Positions 28,641 through 40,000 of a stretch of 64,000 nucleotides of DNA are shown here, piece by piece (position 1 is the first letter of the stretch; the number at the start of each line of letters is the position of its first letter). The stretch lies in NCBI GenBank assembly GCA_028716565.1, contig JAQUPL010000001.1, positions 345,476-409,475 on the forward strand, given 5' to 3'. Below the pieces are notes generated by a model. It did not search any database. It saw only the letters and a program-made list of their open reading frames with translations, and was not told the DNA's origin. The DNA comes from Candidatus Omnitrophota bacterium. GTDB lineage: Bacteria > Omnitrophota > Gorgyraeia > Pluralincolimonadales > Pluralincolimonadaceae. Both the position numbers and the translations under genes were made by a program.

Positions 28641-29647
28641 TCGGCGATCTGGACCGCGTTTGTAGCGGCGCCCTTGCGCAGGTTATCAGCGACGACCCAC
28701 AGCCACAGCCCGTTCCTTACGAAATAATCGGAGCGGATGCGGCCTACAAAGGTCTCATCCCTTCCCTCCGCATCCTTGGGCATGGGATAAAGGCCCTTTT
28801 TTGGGTCATCCTCGACAATGATCCCCGGAGAACTCGAAAGGAGAGCCCTGACCTTATCCGGGCTTATCGGTTTTCCGGTTTCTATATATATGGACTCGGA
28901 ATGGCCGGTCCTTACCGGGACCCTCACGGTGGTCGCGGAGATCTTTATCCTGCCGGCATGCATTATTTTATGGGTCTCGTTGACCAGCTTCCACTCCTCG
29001 TTGGTGTAATCGCATTCGGCAAAACTGCCTATGTGCGGAAAGACGTTATAAGCTAACTGCTGCGGCATCGAACGCTCCACGTCCACGTGGATATTCTCAT
29101 ATCCTGCCGAAGAGATCGCTGCTGCCTCCGCTTTGAGCTGTTCAACGGCACTCTTGCCTGCGCCTGATGACGCTTGCAAAGTAGTGACGATTATCCTCTT
29201 TATCCCGACTTTTTTATGGATCGGGTTAAGCGCTACGACCATCTGGATAGTCGAGCAGTTCGGGTTCGCGATTATTCCCTTGTGCTTTTTGACGTCGGCG
29301 GCGTTCACTTCCGGGACGACGAGCGGGACTTTCGGGTCCATGCGAAAATCAGCGCCGTTATCTATGACGACGCATCCCCTCTTTACCGCCTCCGAAGCAT
29401 ATGTGACTGCCGCGCCCTTTTCGCCTTCGGTGCCGGCAAAAAGCGCTATATCCATCCCGTCAAATGCCTCGGGCGAGATCGCCTGGACGGAATATTTCTC
29501 CCCGTCAACATTTATTTCCCTGGCGCTTCGCGCCAAGACCCGAAGGTCTCCTACCGGGAAATTCCGCTGGCGCAACACGCGCAGCATCTCTATCCCTACG
29601 ACACCTACTCCAACGACGACTACATTATATTTATTTTTTCTTTTCAT
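28616..29647 (-). CDS. asd: aspartate-semialdehyde dehydrogenase
   Basis: VVVGVGVVG Rossmann motif, active-site Cys (NPNCSTI), C-terminal dimerisation domain. 343 aa. Confidence 0.9.
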   Translation of the reverse strand: MKRKNKYNVVVVGVGVVGIEMLRVLRQRNFPVGDLRVLARSAREINVDGEKYSVQAISPEAFDGMDIALFAGTEGEKGAAVTYASEAVKRGCVVIDNGADFRMDPKVPLVVPEVNAADVKKHKGIIANPNCSTIQMVVALNPIHKKVGIKRIIVTTLQASSGAGKSAVEQLKAEAAAISSAGYENIHVDVERSMPQQLAYNVFPHIGSFAECDYTNEEWKLVNETHKIMHAGRIKISATTVRVPVRTGHSESIYIETGKPISPDKVRALLSSSPGIIVEDDPKKGLYPMPKDAEGRDETFVGRIRSDYFVRNGLWLWVVADNLRKGAATNAVQIAECVISYSK

Positions 29648-29658
29648 TCCTTTGACCC

Positions 29659-30714
29659 TTATATCATTCCGGCGACCATATCGCCGACTTCGCTCGTCGA
29701 ATAACCCATTTTACCGGCCGCGAGCGACTTAAATTTCGTGTTCACGACCTTTATGACCGCGTCCTCTATCGCCTTTCCGGCTTTCTCCTCGCCGAGGTTT
29801 TCGAGCATCATCCCGCCGGCGCAGATAGCGGCCAGGGGGTTGATCACATTCTGGCCCGTGTACTTCGGGGCCGAGCCGCCTATCGGTTCGAACATCGATA
29901 CGCCTTTCGGGTTGATGTTCCCGCCGGCCGCAATACCCATTCCGCCCTGTATCATAGCGCCGAGATCGGTTATGATATCGCCGAAGAGGTTGTCTGTCAC
30001 TATGACGTCGAACCATTCCGGATTCTTGACGAACCACATCGTAGTCGCGTCGACATGCGCGTAATCTGTCTTGACCCCGGGAAACTCTTTCGCGACCTCG
30101 TTGAACGTCCTCTGCCACAGATCCCAAGCGTAAGTCAGGACGTTCGTCTTGCCGCAAAGCGTGAGTTTATTTTTCTTGTTGCGCTTCTTGCATAACTCGA
30201 AAGCGTAACGGATACAGCGCTCGACGCCCTTGCGGGTGTTATAAGAGATCTGTATAGCCACCTCTTCGTCAGACCCTTTCTTCTGGAACTCGCCCATCCC
30301 CTTGTAGAGGCCTTCCGAATTCTCGCGCACGACGACAAAATCTATATCTTCAGGTTTCTTATCCTTGAGCGGGCAGTATGCCGAGTTATAGAGTTTTACC
30401 GGGCGGAGGTTTATATACTGGTCGAGCGAAAACCGCAATTTAAGCAGGACCTGCTGTTCGAGGATGCCTGGTTTTACATCAGGATGCCCGACAGCGCCGA
30501 GATAGATCCCGTTATATTTTTTGAGCTCCTCGATGTCCTTTTCATCGACGGTCTTTCCCGTCCTTAAGTAGCGCTCGCCGCTGAAATCGAATATCTTCGA
30601 CTCATATTTGAAGCCGAACTTATCGCTCGCGGCTTTTAAGACCTTAAGACCTTCATTTATTACTTCCGGCCCTGTCCCGTCTCCGGGTATGACCGCTATC
30701 CTGTAATTACTCAT
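29659..30714 (-). CDS. leuB: 3-isopropylmalate dehydrogenase
   Basis: Start at the internal Met ([18 protein letters not shown]). The track ORF begins at 30972 but carries an Arg-rich, non-homologous extension that would overlap leuD. Decarboxylating dehydrogenase family. Adjacent to leuCD. Confidence 0.8.
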   Translation of the reverse strand: MSNYRIAVIPGDGTGPEVINEGLKVLKAASDKFGFKYESKIFDFSGERYLRTGKTVDEKDIEELKKYNGIYLGAVGHPDVKPGILEQQVLLKLRFSLDQYINLRPVKLYNSAYCPLKDKKPEDIDFVVVRENSEGLYKGMGEFQKKGSDEEVAIQISYNTRKGVERCIRYAFELCKKRNKKNKLTLCGKTNVLTYAWDLWQRTFNEVAKEFPGVKTDYAHVDATTMWFVKNPEWFDVIVTDNLFGDIITDLGAMIQGGMGIAAGGNINPKGVSMFEPIGGSAPKYTGQNVINPLAAICAGGMMLENLGEEKAGKAIEDAVIKVVNTKFKSLAAGKMGYSTSEVGDMVAGMI

Positions 30715-31199
30715 TTTTTCTTGACCACCCATTTCATGAGCCCGCCCGCTTCGATAAGCTCCTGCATGAACGCGGGCATGGGCTTTGCCTGGTACTTCTT
30801 GTTTTTTGTGAGGTTCCTTATAAACCCTGTCGAGGCGTCGGCTTCCACTTCGTCGCCTTCTTCTATTGATTTTGCTGCCTCCGGGCACTCGAATATCGGG
30901 AGGCCTATGTTTATGCTGTTCCTGTAGAATATCCTCGCGAAGCTGTCCGCGATGACGCATGAGATACCGCATCCTTTTATCGCGAGCGGCGCGTGCTCGC
31001 GGCTCGAACCGCAGCCGAAGTTCTTACCGCCGACGATTATATCTCCGGAAGAGATCTTCTTCGAAAATCCCGGGATTATACCGTCCATGCAATTCTCACC
31101 GAGCACCTTCGGGTCAACCGAAACAAGGCACTTCGCCGGGATTATCTCATCGGTGTTTATGTCGTTCCCGAATTTCCAGGCCTTCCCTTTGAGTATCAT
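30711..31199 (-). CDS. leuD: 3-isopropylmalate dehydratase small subunit
   Basis: 162 aa, short (archaeal-type) LeuD / aconitase swivel domain. Confidence 0.8.
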   Translation of the reverse strand: MILKGKAWKFGNDINTDEIIPAKCLVSVDPKVLGENCMDGIIPGFSKKISSGDIIVGGKNFGCGSSREHAPLAIKGCGISCVIADSFARIFYRNSINIGLPIFECPEAAKSIEEGDEVEADASTGFIRNLTKNKKYQAKPMPAFMQELIEAGGLMKWVVKKK

Positions 31200-32467
31200 A
31201 TTACTTCCTCCGGATGCGCGATCCTGCCTTTTATCGCGCTAGCCGCTGCTACAGCCGGGTTCGAGAGATAGACCTCTGATTTCAAGTGCCCCATTCTCCC
31301 TACGAAGTTGCGGTTCGTCGTCGCGATAGAGCGCTCGCCCGCGGCCAATATCCCCATATGGCCGCCTAAACACGGCCCGCATGTGGGAGTGGAAACAGCG
31401 CATCCCGATCTCACGAATATCTCGAGCAATCCCTCGTCCATCGCCTGTAAATATACCGCCTGCGTCGCCGGGAAGATTATGCATCGCACGTCTTTATGGA
31501 CCTTCTTTCCCTTCAAGACCTTCGCGGCCATCCTCAAGTCACTGATGCGGCCGTTCGTGCACGAGCCGATTACCGACTGGTCGATCCTGACGTTCTTGAC
31601 CTGGCTTACAGGCTTCGCGTTAGACGGCAACGGCGGCAAGGATACCATCGGCTCGAGTTTCGAGGCATCATATTCCTTTACCTCGCTATATTGCGCGTCC
31701 TTATCGCTCTTGTATATTTTCCATTTCTTCTTGGATTTCCGGGTAGTTTCTTTCACGTATTTCAATGTAGTTTCATCGGCCGCGATGATGCCGTTCTTGC
31801 CGCCGGCCTCGATGGCCATATTGCACATCGCGAAACGGTCGTCCATCGGGAGGCGCTCGATCGCGGCGCCTGTGAATTCCATCGCCCTATACAAAGCGCC
31901 GTCTACGCCGATATCGCCGATCGTATAGAGTATGAGGTCCTTGCCTCCTACCCATTTGTTGAGTTTTCCGCTGTAGATAAATTTTATCGATTCCGGCACC
32001 TTGAACCAGATCCTGCCCCTTATGAATACTGCGGCGAGGTCTGTCGAGCCGACGCCTGTCGAGAACGCGCCGACAGCGCCGTAGGTGCAGGTATGCGAAT
32101 CCGCGCCGATTATGAGGTCGCCGGGAACAGTCAAGCCCTCTTCCGGGAGGAGCGCATGCTCGATCCCCATACAACCGATCTCATAATAATATTTGATGCT
32201 GTGTTTATTCGCGAACTCCCTTAAAACTTTAAGCTGCTCGGCGGACTTAATATCCTTTGCCGGAGAGAAGTGGTCCGGGACAAGCGCTATCTTCTTATTA
32301 TCGAAGACCTTGCCCGCGCCGGCCTTCTCAAACTCCGATATCGCTATAGGCGCGGTGATGTCGTTGCCGAGGCAGAGGTCGACCTTGCAGTCGATCAAAT
32401 CGCCGGGCGATATCGACTTCTTGTCCGCATGCGCCATCAATATCTTTTCTGTTATCGTGTATCCCAT
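31196..32467 (-). CDS. leuC: 3-isopropylmalate dehydratase large subunit (short type)
   Basis: 423 aa aconitase-family catalytic domain with Fe-S Cys ligands (GSCTNGR, CGPCLG). Homoaconitase or citramalate specificity cannot be excluded from sequence alone. Confidence 0.75.
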   Translation of the reverse strand: MGYTITEKILMAHADKKSISPGDLIDCKVDLCLGNDITAPIAISEFEKAGAGKVFDNKKIALVPDHFSPAKDIKSAEQLKVLREFANKHSIKYYYEIGCMGIEHALLPEEGLTVPGDLIIGADSHTCTYGAVGAFSTGVGSTDLAAVFIRGRIWFKVPESIKFIYSGKLNKWVGGKDLILYTIGDIGVDGALYRAMEFTGAAIERLPMDDRFAMCNMAIEAGGKNGIIAADETTLKYVKETTRKSKKKWKIYKSDKDAQYSEVKEYDASKLEPMVSLPPLPSNAKPVSQVKNVRIDQSVIGSCTNGRISDLRMAAKVLKGKKVHKDVRCIIFPATQAVYLQAMDEGLLEIFVRSGCAVSTPTCGPCLGGHMGILAAGERSIATTNRNFVGRMGHLKSEVYLSNPAVAAASAIKGRIAHPEEVI

Positions 32468-32917
32468 TTACAACTCCTTGATATACGCTATTTCATCGCA
32501 CTTCGCGAACTTCGCGCAGATGCTGCAATCTGTCCATATCTTCTGCGGCAGCTTCTTCTTCTCGGTCGGCATAAATCCGAATCTCTTGAAGAAATCGGAT
32601 TTCTGCGTAAGCACGAAGACGCTCTTTATCCCCATATCCTGCGCTTCTTTCAGGCATGACTTCACCAGCCCGGTACCGACCCCTGATTTCACGTGTCCGG
32701 CATCGACCGCCAAAGACCTTATCTCTGCCAATTTATTCGAGAAAATATGCAGCGCGCCGCAACCTATCAGGGCGCTGCCCTTCTCATATACCCAGAAATC
32801 CCTTATGTTCTCGGCTATCTCGCTCTCGGCGCGTGGAAGCATCATGTTCTTGCCGGCATAATAGCCGATAAGCTCATGTATACGCGCTACGTCTTTTACC
32901 TGCGCCTTCCTTACCAT
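32468..32917 (-). CDS. GNAT acetyltransferase, ArgA-like short N-acetylglutamate synthase candidate
   Basis: 149 aa; MVRKAQVKDVARIHELIGYYAGKNMMLPRAESEIAENIRDFWVY...LAEIRSLAVD...GVGTGLV. Resembles the short single-domain ArgA of actinobacteria as recalled from memory. GNAT fold motifs A and B are present. Confidence 0.55.
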   Translation of the reverse strand: MVRKAQVKDVARIHELIGYYAGKNMMLPRAESEIAENIRDFWVYEKGSALIGCGALHIFSNKLAEIRSLAVDAGHVKSGVGTGLVKSCLKEAQDMGIKSVFVLTQKSDFFKRFGFMPTEKKKLPQKIWTDCSICAKFAKCDEIAYIKEL

Positions 32918-32918
32918 A

Positions 32919-33734
32919 TTATTTTATTATCCCTGTAATCGGGCTCGACGGCGAAGCATATTGCTTCATCGCTATCCTTCCCGACAAATATGCTAACCTC
33001 CCCGCTTCGGTCGCCAGTCTCATCGCGCGGGCCATCCCAACAGGGTCTTTTGCCCCTGCGATGCCGGTATTCATAAGCACGCCGTCGACACCTAATTCCA
33101 TAGCTACCGCCACATCCGAGGCCGTGCCTACTCCGGCGTCGACTATCACCGGCACTTTGACCGCTTCCTGGATGAATGTTATGTTAATTGGGTTCAATAT
33201 CCCCATACCCGAACCGATCGGAGAAGCCAGGGGCATGACGCACGCCGCGCCCGCGTCCGCGAGCTTCTTCGCCATGATAGGGTCGTCGTTCGTGTACGGC
33301 ATGACGGTGAAACCTTCTTTGACGAGGACTTTAGTCGCCGCGAGCAGCGCTTCCGTGTCCGGAAAGAGCGTCTTTTCATCACCTATGACCTCGAGTTTCA
33401 CCAGCTCGGACAGGCCCATACCTCGGGCAATGCGCGCTATCCTTATAGCGTCCTCCGCCGTGTAGCAGCCTGCCGTGTTAGGCAATATAGTATATTTATT
33501 TCTGTCGATATAGTCAAGCATGCCCCTTTCCTGTTTACCTCCTGAAAGGGGTAGAGTTTCTTTCTTCGCGCCGGCATCGCCCAGGTCAAGCCGCCTTATC
33601 GCGACGGTGACTATTTCGGCGCCGGATGCCTCAAGCGCTTTTTTCATTACATCGAAATTAGCGTACTTGCCGGTGCCGACGAGCAGCCGAGACTTAAACT
33701 CCCTATTTCCTATTATTAACGCCTTCTCTTCCAT
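32919..33734 (-). CDS. thiG: thiazole synthase
   Basis: [14 protein letters not shown], and a Lys-containing TIM-barrel pattern typical of ThiG. 271 aa. Confidence 0.85.
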   Translation of the reverse strand: MEEKALIIGNREFKSRLLVGTGKYANFDVMKKALEASGAEIVTVAIRRLDLGDAGAKKETLPLSGGKQERGMLDYIDRNKYTILPNTAGCYTAEDAIRIARIARGMGLSELVKLEVIGDEKTLFPDTEALLAATKVLVKEGFTVMPYTNDDPIMAKKLADAGAACVMPLASPIGSGMGILNPINITFIQEAVKVPVIVDAGVGTASDVAVAMELGVDGVLMNTGIAGAKDPVGMARAMRLATEAGRLAYLSGRIAMKQYASPSSPITGIIK

Positions 33735-34386
33735 GCTTTTCTCCGTAATATTTACACATCTGCTTAAGGTTGCACACCGGGCATTTCGGGTCCCGCGCCG
33801 TGCATACCTGCCTGCCGTGCATTATCAGGTGCACGTGGAATTCCTTTATCGCGTCCGCTGGTGTTTCCGCGGTCAGGTATTCCTGCGCCTTCTCCGGCGT
33901 CATCTTTCCGCCTATAAGCCCGAGGCGCTTTGTCACCCTGAATATATGCGTATCTACCGGCATAACCGGCTTATTAAACCCGAAGAGCAGGACTATCGCG
34001 GCCGTCTTCGGCCCCACGCCCTTTATTGACCTTAAGAATCCGTATCCTGCCTCTATATCAAGCCGGCCCAAAAAATCCAGCTCCAGCGAGCCCCGCTGCA
34101 TAAATATCACGTCTAAGGCATATTTGATGCGGGACGCCTTGATATTTGAAAGCCCGGCGATCTTTATCTCGCGCCTTATGGCCGGGACGTCAGCCTTCCT
34201 TAATCTCTCCCAGCTCCTGAAACGCTTTTTGAGGTTGTCGAACGCCCGAAAGGAAGTTACATCAGAGGTGTTCTGCGAGAGGATCGTCTTGACGAGCAGG
34301 CCTACCGCGTCTTTCTCTCTCCTGAACCTGAGCCTTCCGAAACGGCGGCGCAAAAGCCTGATCACAGCCGGTATATCGCGCCGCAT
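33703..34386 (-). CDS. nth: endonuclease III (HhH-GPD DNA glycosylase)
   Basis: ILSQNTSD, helix-hairpin-helix GVGPKTA, catalytic Lys/Asp, and a C-terminal CxxxxxxCxxCxxxxxC [4Fe-4S] loop. Confidence 0.8.
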   Translation of the reverse strand: MRRDIPAVIRLLRRRFGRLRFRREKDAVGLLVKTILSQNTSDVTSFRAFDNLKKRFRSWERLRKADVPAIRREIKIAGLSNIKASRIKYALDVIFMQRGSLELDFLGRLDIEAGYGFLRSIKGVGPKTAAIVLLFGFNKPVMPVDTHIFRVTKRLGLIGGKMTPEKAQEYLTAETPADAIKEFHVHLIMHGRQVCTARDPKCPVCNLKQMCKYYGEKHGREGVNNRK

Positions 34387-35613
34387 CTATCTTTCTATGA
34401 CCGTGCTCTTGGCTACAACGACCAACCCGGACTCGGTCACCGTAAATCTCTTCTTATCTTCCCCGAGATCGTATCCGATCTCTGTCCCCTGCGGGACTTT
34501 AACATCTTTATCTATTATCGCGCGCCTTATCCTGGCGTTGCGGCCGATATCCACGCCTTCCATCACTATCGAATCGGTGACGCTGGCGTAGCTGTTTACC
34601 CTCACGTTCGGCGAGAGTATAGAGCGGTCGACCTTGCCGCCGGATATTATGCATCCGTTCGAGACCATCGAATCTATCGCCACGCCGATGCGCGCGCCGT
34701 CGTCGCCTCCGGCGAAAACGAACTTGGCCGGCGGGTATTTCTCCATATAGGTGCGGATCGGCCATTCCTTGTCATAAAGGTTGAAGATCGGCGTCACGCC
34801 GACAAGGTCCATATTCGCCTCGTAATAAGCGTCGAGCGTCCCTATATCGCGCCAGTATTGCGCCTCTTTCTTGTTCTCGTCCTTAAAATTATAAGCAAAG
34901 ACCTTCTCCTTCCTCGCGACCATCCCGGGGAGGATATTCTTGCCAAAATCGTGTTTGCTCGCCGGGTCGTGCGAGTCCGCGTTAAGCACCTCTTTTAGCA
35001 CATCTGTCTTGAAGACGTATATGCCCATCGACGCGTAGATATGGGCCGGGTCGCCGGGGATCGTCTTAGGGGTCTTCGGCTTCTCCTCGAAACCGAGTAT
35101 CCTCTCGTTGCGGTCGACTTCGAGCACCCCGAAATGCTGCGAATCCTTCTTATCTATCTCGACTACCGCGACGGTGCAGTCAGCGCTTTTCGCTATATGA
35201 TAGTCGATCATCTCCGCATAATTCATCTTATAGATATGGTCGCCGGCGAGTATCAGTACATATTCCGGCTTCTCGGTCTCGATGAAATAAAGGTTCTGGT
35301 ATATCGAATCGGCCGTGCCCATGTACCACGTATCGCCGGTCCTCATCTGCGCAGGAACGATATCTATATATTCGCCGAGTTCGGCGTCGAATATGTTCCA
35401 GCCGAGACGCAAATGCCTTATGAGCGAATTGCATTTATACTGCAAGAGGACGTGGATCTGGCGTATTCCCGAGTTTATGCAGTTCGAGAGAGTGACGTCG
35501 ATGATCCTGTATATCCCGCCGAATGGGACGGCCGGTTTGGTCCTGTCCCTCGTCAGGGGGATGAGCCTCTCGCCCTTCCCTCCCGCCATTATGAATGCTA
35601 TTACGTTCTTCAT
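34387..35613 (-). CDS. glgC: glucose-1-phosphate adenylyltransferase
   Basis: AFIMAGGKGERL...KPAVPFGGIYRIIDVTLSNCINSGI, plus a C-terminal left-handed beta-helix. 408 aa. Confidence 0.85.
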   Translation of the reverse strand: MKNVIAFIMAGGKGERLIPLTRDRTKPAVPFGGIYRIIDVTLSNCINSGIRQIHVLLQYKCNSLIRHLRLGWNIFDAELGEYIDIVPAQMRTGDTWYMGTADSIYQNLYFIETEKPEYVLILAGDHIYKMNYAEMIDYHIAKSADCTVAVVEIDKKDSQHFGVLEVDRNERILGFEEKPKTPKTIPGDPAHIYASMGIYVFKTDVLKEVLNADSHDPASKHDFGKNILPGMVARKEKVFAYNFKDENKKEAQYWRDIGTLDAYYEANMDLVGVTPIFNLYDKEWPIRTYMEKYPPAKFVFAGGDDGARIGVAIDSMVSNGCIISGGKVDRSILSPNVRVNSYASVTDSIVMEGVDIGRNARIRRAIIDKDVKVPQGTEIGYDLGEDKKRFTVTESGLVVVAKSTVIER

Positions 35614-35614
35614 A

Positions 35615-36250
35615 TTATTTTTTCGCCGCCGGGTTGAAAAAGACCGATACGACGATCTCCAGTATCCCCATCCTTATCATCATTACCGCTATCGCCGCGA
35701 GGAAGATATCCGACACCTTCGCGAGCGCCCTGGAACCGCCTTTGCCGAGGACCTTTATAAAATAATCGGCTTTCCAGAGGACAAGCCACATTATAAGCAT
35801 ATTCAGTATTATTGAAACTACCGTCGGTACCAAACCGTAGGCCTCCCTCATGACCAGCACCGTCGTGAGCACGGCCGGACCGGTTATAAGCGGAGTCCCG
35901 AGCGGGAACACGCCGACATCCGTAGTCGGATGTGCCCTTTTATCCTCTCCCGGGAGCAAAAGATGTATCGAAAGGACTAAAAGTAAAATGCCGCCGGCGA
36001 TCCTGAAATCCGGAACCTGGACATTCATCAGCCGCAATAATATGTTGCCGAAGAACATGAACAGGACCGCTATTATGCTCGCCACTATTATGCTGTTTAA
36101 TATCACCTTCTGGCGGTCTTTCGGCTTCATCCCCTCAGTAAGGGAAAAATAAAGCGGCAGGTTCCCGAACGAGTTTACCGCCATGAATATCGGGATAAAC
36201 GTCATGATATACGGCGCTATCGGCGCCAGGGCTTTAAATATAGGACCCAT
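35615..36250 (-). CDS. MarC-family (UPF0056) integral membrane protein
   Basis: 211 aa, 6 TM helices. IPIFMAVNSFGNLPLYFSLT N-terminal motif is typical of the MarC family. Confidence 0.7.
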   Translation of the reverse strand: MGPIFKALAPIAPYIMTFIPIFMAVNSFGNLPLYFSLTEGMKPKDRQKVILNSIIVASIIAVLFMFFGNILLRLMNVQVPDFRIAGGILLLVLSIHLLLPGEDKRAHPTTDVGVFPLGTPLITGPAVLTTVLVMREAYGLVPTVVSIILNMLIMWLVLWKADYFIKVLGKGGSRALAKVSDIFLAAIAVMMIRMGILEIVVSVFFNPAAKK

Positions 36251-36294
36251 GTTGATTTTCCTTTCGTGTCCCTATTATATTAAAAAGGCGGGCA

Positions 36295-36360
36295 AAAAGC
36301 AACCCTCCTTTTGCGATAAAAGGAGGGTTTTATTTTATTAGAATCGGCCGCAGGCGCGGC
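36295..36360 (-). terminator. tandem intrinsic-terminator hairpins after the PEP-CTERM gene
   Basis: 12-bp stem AACCCTCCTTTT / AAAAGGAGGGTT, followed on the minus strand by GCUUUUU. A second GGCCGC-aggc-GCGGCC hairpin lies immediately upstream of it on the transcript. Confidence 0.55.
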
Positions 36361-36373
36361 CCCTTTAACTTTT

Positions 36374-36997
36374 TTATTTATTCTTCTTCCTAAAAGCCAT
36401 GCCGATCAAGCCGCCGGCCAACAGTAACAAACTCGCCGGTTCAGGCACAACGTTAACAGACGCCCCGCTTACCCCGCCCAATATGTTACTAGCGTCGGTA
36501 TCGGTAACATAGGTATCATCCAGGCCGCCTGTTCCGGTCACAAGATAATTTATAGGGGTATTCAGGACAGGCGCCTTGGCCAGGAAAGTGACCTGCGCAA
36601 ATGTGCCGTTGCCGGTTACCGTAGTAGAAAAGCTTCCCTCCCCGTAGCTTATCCTTCCCGTGCCGTTGTCTGCGGAGTTCTGGCCGTGGAAGTCCCAGTT
36701 AAATGCGCCGTGATACGGGCCGTCCAGTACGTTTGTGCCGGAAGTTATCCAGTTTCCGGAGTCCGAATCAACAACTTCCAGGTAATTCTGGTCAAACGAG
36801 AACCAGACATTCAGGAAAGTCATCTGTTGCGAAGAAGGGTTAGAGACGCCCATATTGACCGTAAACTGGCTGCCTGCGCTTATATCCTGCGCGGACGGAT
36901 CAAGCGAAAGATAAACGGCGGCCTTTGCTGTTGGGGCAAGGAATAAGGCCAAGATAAGAGCTGTTATCATTGTCAATAGTTTGATGCGCATGCGCAT
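36374..36997 (-). CDS. PEP-CTERM-anchored protein with cohesin-like domain
   Basis: Signal peptide MRMRIKLLTMITALILALFLAPTAKA. The approximately 150-aa passenger domain shows a conserved-position pattern like type-I cohesins (FLNVWFSFDQNYLEVVDSDSGNWI; DNGTGRISY...GTFAQVTFLAKAP). C-terminal VPEPASLLLLAGGLIGMAFRKKNK is a canonical PEP-CTERM exosortase sorting signal. AAAAAAGGAG RBS lies 11 nt after the protease stop. Confidence 0.7.
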   Translation of the reverse strand: MRMRIKLLTMITALILALFLAPTAKAAVYLSLDPSAQDISAGSQFTVNMGVSNPSSQQMTFLNVWFSFDQNYLEVVDSDSGNWITSGTNVLDGPYHGAFNWDFHGQNSADNGTGRISYGEGSFSTTVTGNGTFAQVTFLAKAPVLNTPINYLVTGTGGLDDTYVTDTDASNILGGVSGASVNVVPEPASLLLLAGGLIGMAFRKKNK

Positions 36998-37008
36998 GTT
37001 CTCCTTTT

Positions 37009-40000
37009 TTACTGTGCTCCTGATATACCGTAGTTGGACTTCAGTATAGAGAAATCGGTCCCGTCTATCTGGTTATTGCCGTTAAAGTCTGCCCTTGTGT
37101 CCCATTTGGCGTCGCCGGGCTTGGTGCCGTAGGCGGCGCGCAATATGGCGAAGTCCACGCCGGAAACGACGTTGTTGTTGTCGCAGTCTCCGCCCAAAAG
37201 ATTAAAATTGATATTGGGAGTAACCCGTCCTTGCTGGACAATAACATCAGCTTGCTTGGCTTTGAGGAAAATAGAGCCCTTGGCAGTCAGATCATAGGTA
37301 CCGGGTTTAATATCATTAAGGGTGTAGCTGCCATCTGTGGCGGTCAATAACTGGTACGTCGCCAGGAGATTCGTTTGACCCGGATTTCTTAATTCAAAAG
37401 TGATGACGTCTGAATGATTATTACGCGATTGTAAAGCGACTTTTCCGGAAATTCCTCCCCGCGCAATTGGATAACAGGCCGTATGTTGAGCGTTACGGCC
37501 TACCATAGGCCAGTCCGCCTTGGATTCGTCGTATGGCGCGGGAAGATCCCAGACGTAGACATTAGTGCCGATCGTGCCAAGATATCTTCCGTGAGCTATT
37601 ATTTCCACATCACCGTCTTTATCAAGGTCCGCTATTACCGGAACTGAAAAATAATCAACGTCGGTCTGCTTAGGATATCCGGCGGCGAAAGTCCCGTCGT
37701 GATTAAAGACGTATAGATAAGAACGGCTGAAATAACTATCGTATGCAGCCGTTATTACTTCGTTGTTTCCGTCACCGTCCACATCAGCCACCGCTGCTCC
37801 CGAAAGCCAGGCAGGGTTATTAAATCCGAATGTCCTGGGCCAACCCGGCACATTCGAACCATCGCCGCGCCAGGCATAAATAGTATCGTTACTTCCAAGC
37901 AATATTATCTCGGGCATCTTATCGTTGTCTAAGTCGCCGAGGCAGGGCATCTTGCAGATATTGGTCCCGATATTTTTGGACACCAACACGGCGCCTGCGC
38001 CATTAAATACAAAAAGTCCCGTTCGCGAACTTACGATCACTTCTAATTTTCCATCGCCGTTTATATCGCCAAGCACAGGTTGATATAATGTGCCGTCGAT
38101 ATCAATCGGCCAACCGGCGACAGGCGTCCCGTCATGATGCCAGGCATAAATACTTCCGTAGACCTCCGTTCCGTAAGTTGTACTCTCCGCGGCAACTATT
38201 TCAACATTACCATCACCGTCAATATCTCCTACCGCGACAGCCGTAGCATTTTGGTTATTACTTAAACTCACCGGCCAGCCGGTTACCTTTGTGCCGTCAT
38301 GATGCCAGGCGTGCACTTTCCAATTTTCCCCCCCGATTAAGATCTCTAAATCTCCGTCGCCGTCTATATCGGCGGCAACGGGCGCATCGGAAATATAGTT
38401 GATCTCATATCCGTAACCGGCCCATCCTTTAGGCCAATTGCCCGCGAACAATGTGCCGTCATGATGTAAGACAAAAAGTTTTTCATCTTGATTAGCAACG
38501 TTAGTACCAATGATTATTTCTAGATCTCCGTCGCCGTCTAAATCCGCCAAAGCAGGGGTCAAAGCCTGCTGGCCTATGTAAACCGGCCATCCCGGTAATA
38601 GCGTTCCGTCATAACGCCAGATATAAATATTTCCTTCATATGAACCCGTTACTACTTCCAGCTTCCCGTCATTATCGACATCGCCCGCGACAATACTGGC
38701 ATTATAACTTGCTCCGCCGTACATGGTCTTCTGAGGCCATCCTTTCTGATAGGAATTATCTATAGATAGATAAATCCTGCTTTCTCTCGTACTCGAATTT
38801 TTGTCATAGCTTATCAATTTTATCGTCCAGAAATCACTCGGTAGACCGCTGCAGTCCCAGGTGGCTAAGACGCCGTCTATTACCTGCCCGCCCGTAAGCG
38901 TAATCCCTGTTGCCTGCCAGTTGGCGGGATTTTGGCCTTGACCGGCCCAGATCTCATACCGATCAAAGTTGTTCCCTGCCGCGGTTCCTGTTATGGTAAT
39001 GTTTTTACTAAATAACCCCTCTTCTTTCGGTCCCCTTATTCTGGCAAATAAGTAGGACTGGCTATCTGAATTAAGCGCTTTAAAAGCATTGACCCTTCCG
39101 AAACCGGTATATTTGTCCCATCCCGCGGCGCCAAGGTCATCCGCGCATATATATACTTTCTTGATCACTTCATCATTTGCTAATGACGGGTTTTGGGCTA
39201 GTATAAGAGCGACTATGCCGGTCACGTGCGGTGTGGCCATAGACGTCCCGTCATAGCTATTGTAACCGTTATTCAAAACAGAACTGTAAATATTGACTCC
39301 GGGCGCCGCTATATCGACTTCCTGCCCAAAAGTGGAGAAAGAAGCGCGCGCATCGTTATGGTCCGTGGCTGCCACCGAAAGGACATTGTCATAAGCCGCG
39401 GGATAAAGCGGGGTATCGTCACCCGAATTCCCGGCAGCTGCTACGATCACACAGTTCTTGCTAAAGGCATAATCTACGGCATCTTTCAGGATGGTTGAAT
39501 ATTCGTTGCCGCCTAGGCTTAAATTAATCACGTCGGCACCGTTGTCTGCCGCGTAGATAATGCCATTCGCCACGTCGGAATCATAACCCCTCCCGGCATT
39601 ACTCAATACCTTTACCGCCATTATCCTGCTGTTCCATGAAACGCCTGCTATCCCTGTCGCGTTATTTGTGGCTGCCGAAGCTATACCCGAGACATGCGAA
39701 CCGTGCCCGTTGTCATCCTTGGGGTCCTTATCCGCATTATAGAAATCCCAGCCTTTAACGTCATCGATAAGGCCATTACCGTCGTCATCTACGCCGTTAT
39801 CCGGAATCTCATCCGGGTTGCTCCAGATATTTCCGGCCAGGTCCTGATGGGTATAATCCACGCCTGTATCGACTACGGCGACCACCACATTGCTTCCCGT
39901 AGATATATCCCATGCTTCAGGCGCATCGATATCGGCATCCGGAGTCCCGGATGTTTGGCCCGTATTATTTAACGACCACTGAACCCCAAAAGAAACATCG

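Noticed and set aside
30715-30972. 86-aa Arg-rich N-terminal extension of the leuB ORF in the track.
   Set aside because: Homology to isopropylmalate dehydrogenase starts at the internal Met ([18 protein letters not shown]). The extension is low-complexity (RRRRSGSRR) and would overlap leuD. Treated as non-coding read-through of the frame.
36345-36360. GGCCGC-aggc-GCGGCC hairpin considered as a separate regulatory site.
   Set aside because: Most simply explained as the upstream half of a tandem terminator for the PEP-CTERM gene. Folded into the terminator feature.
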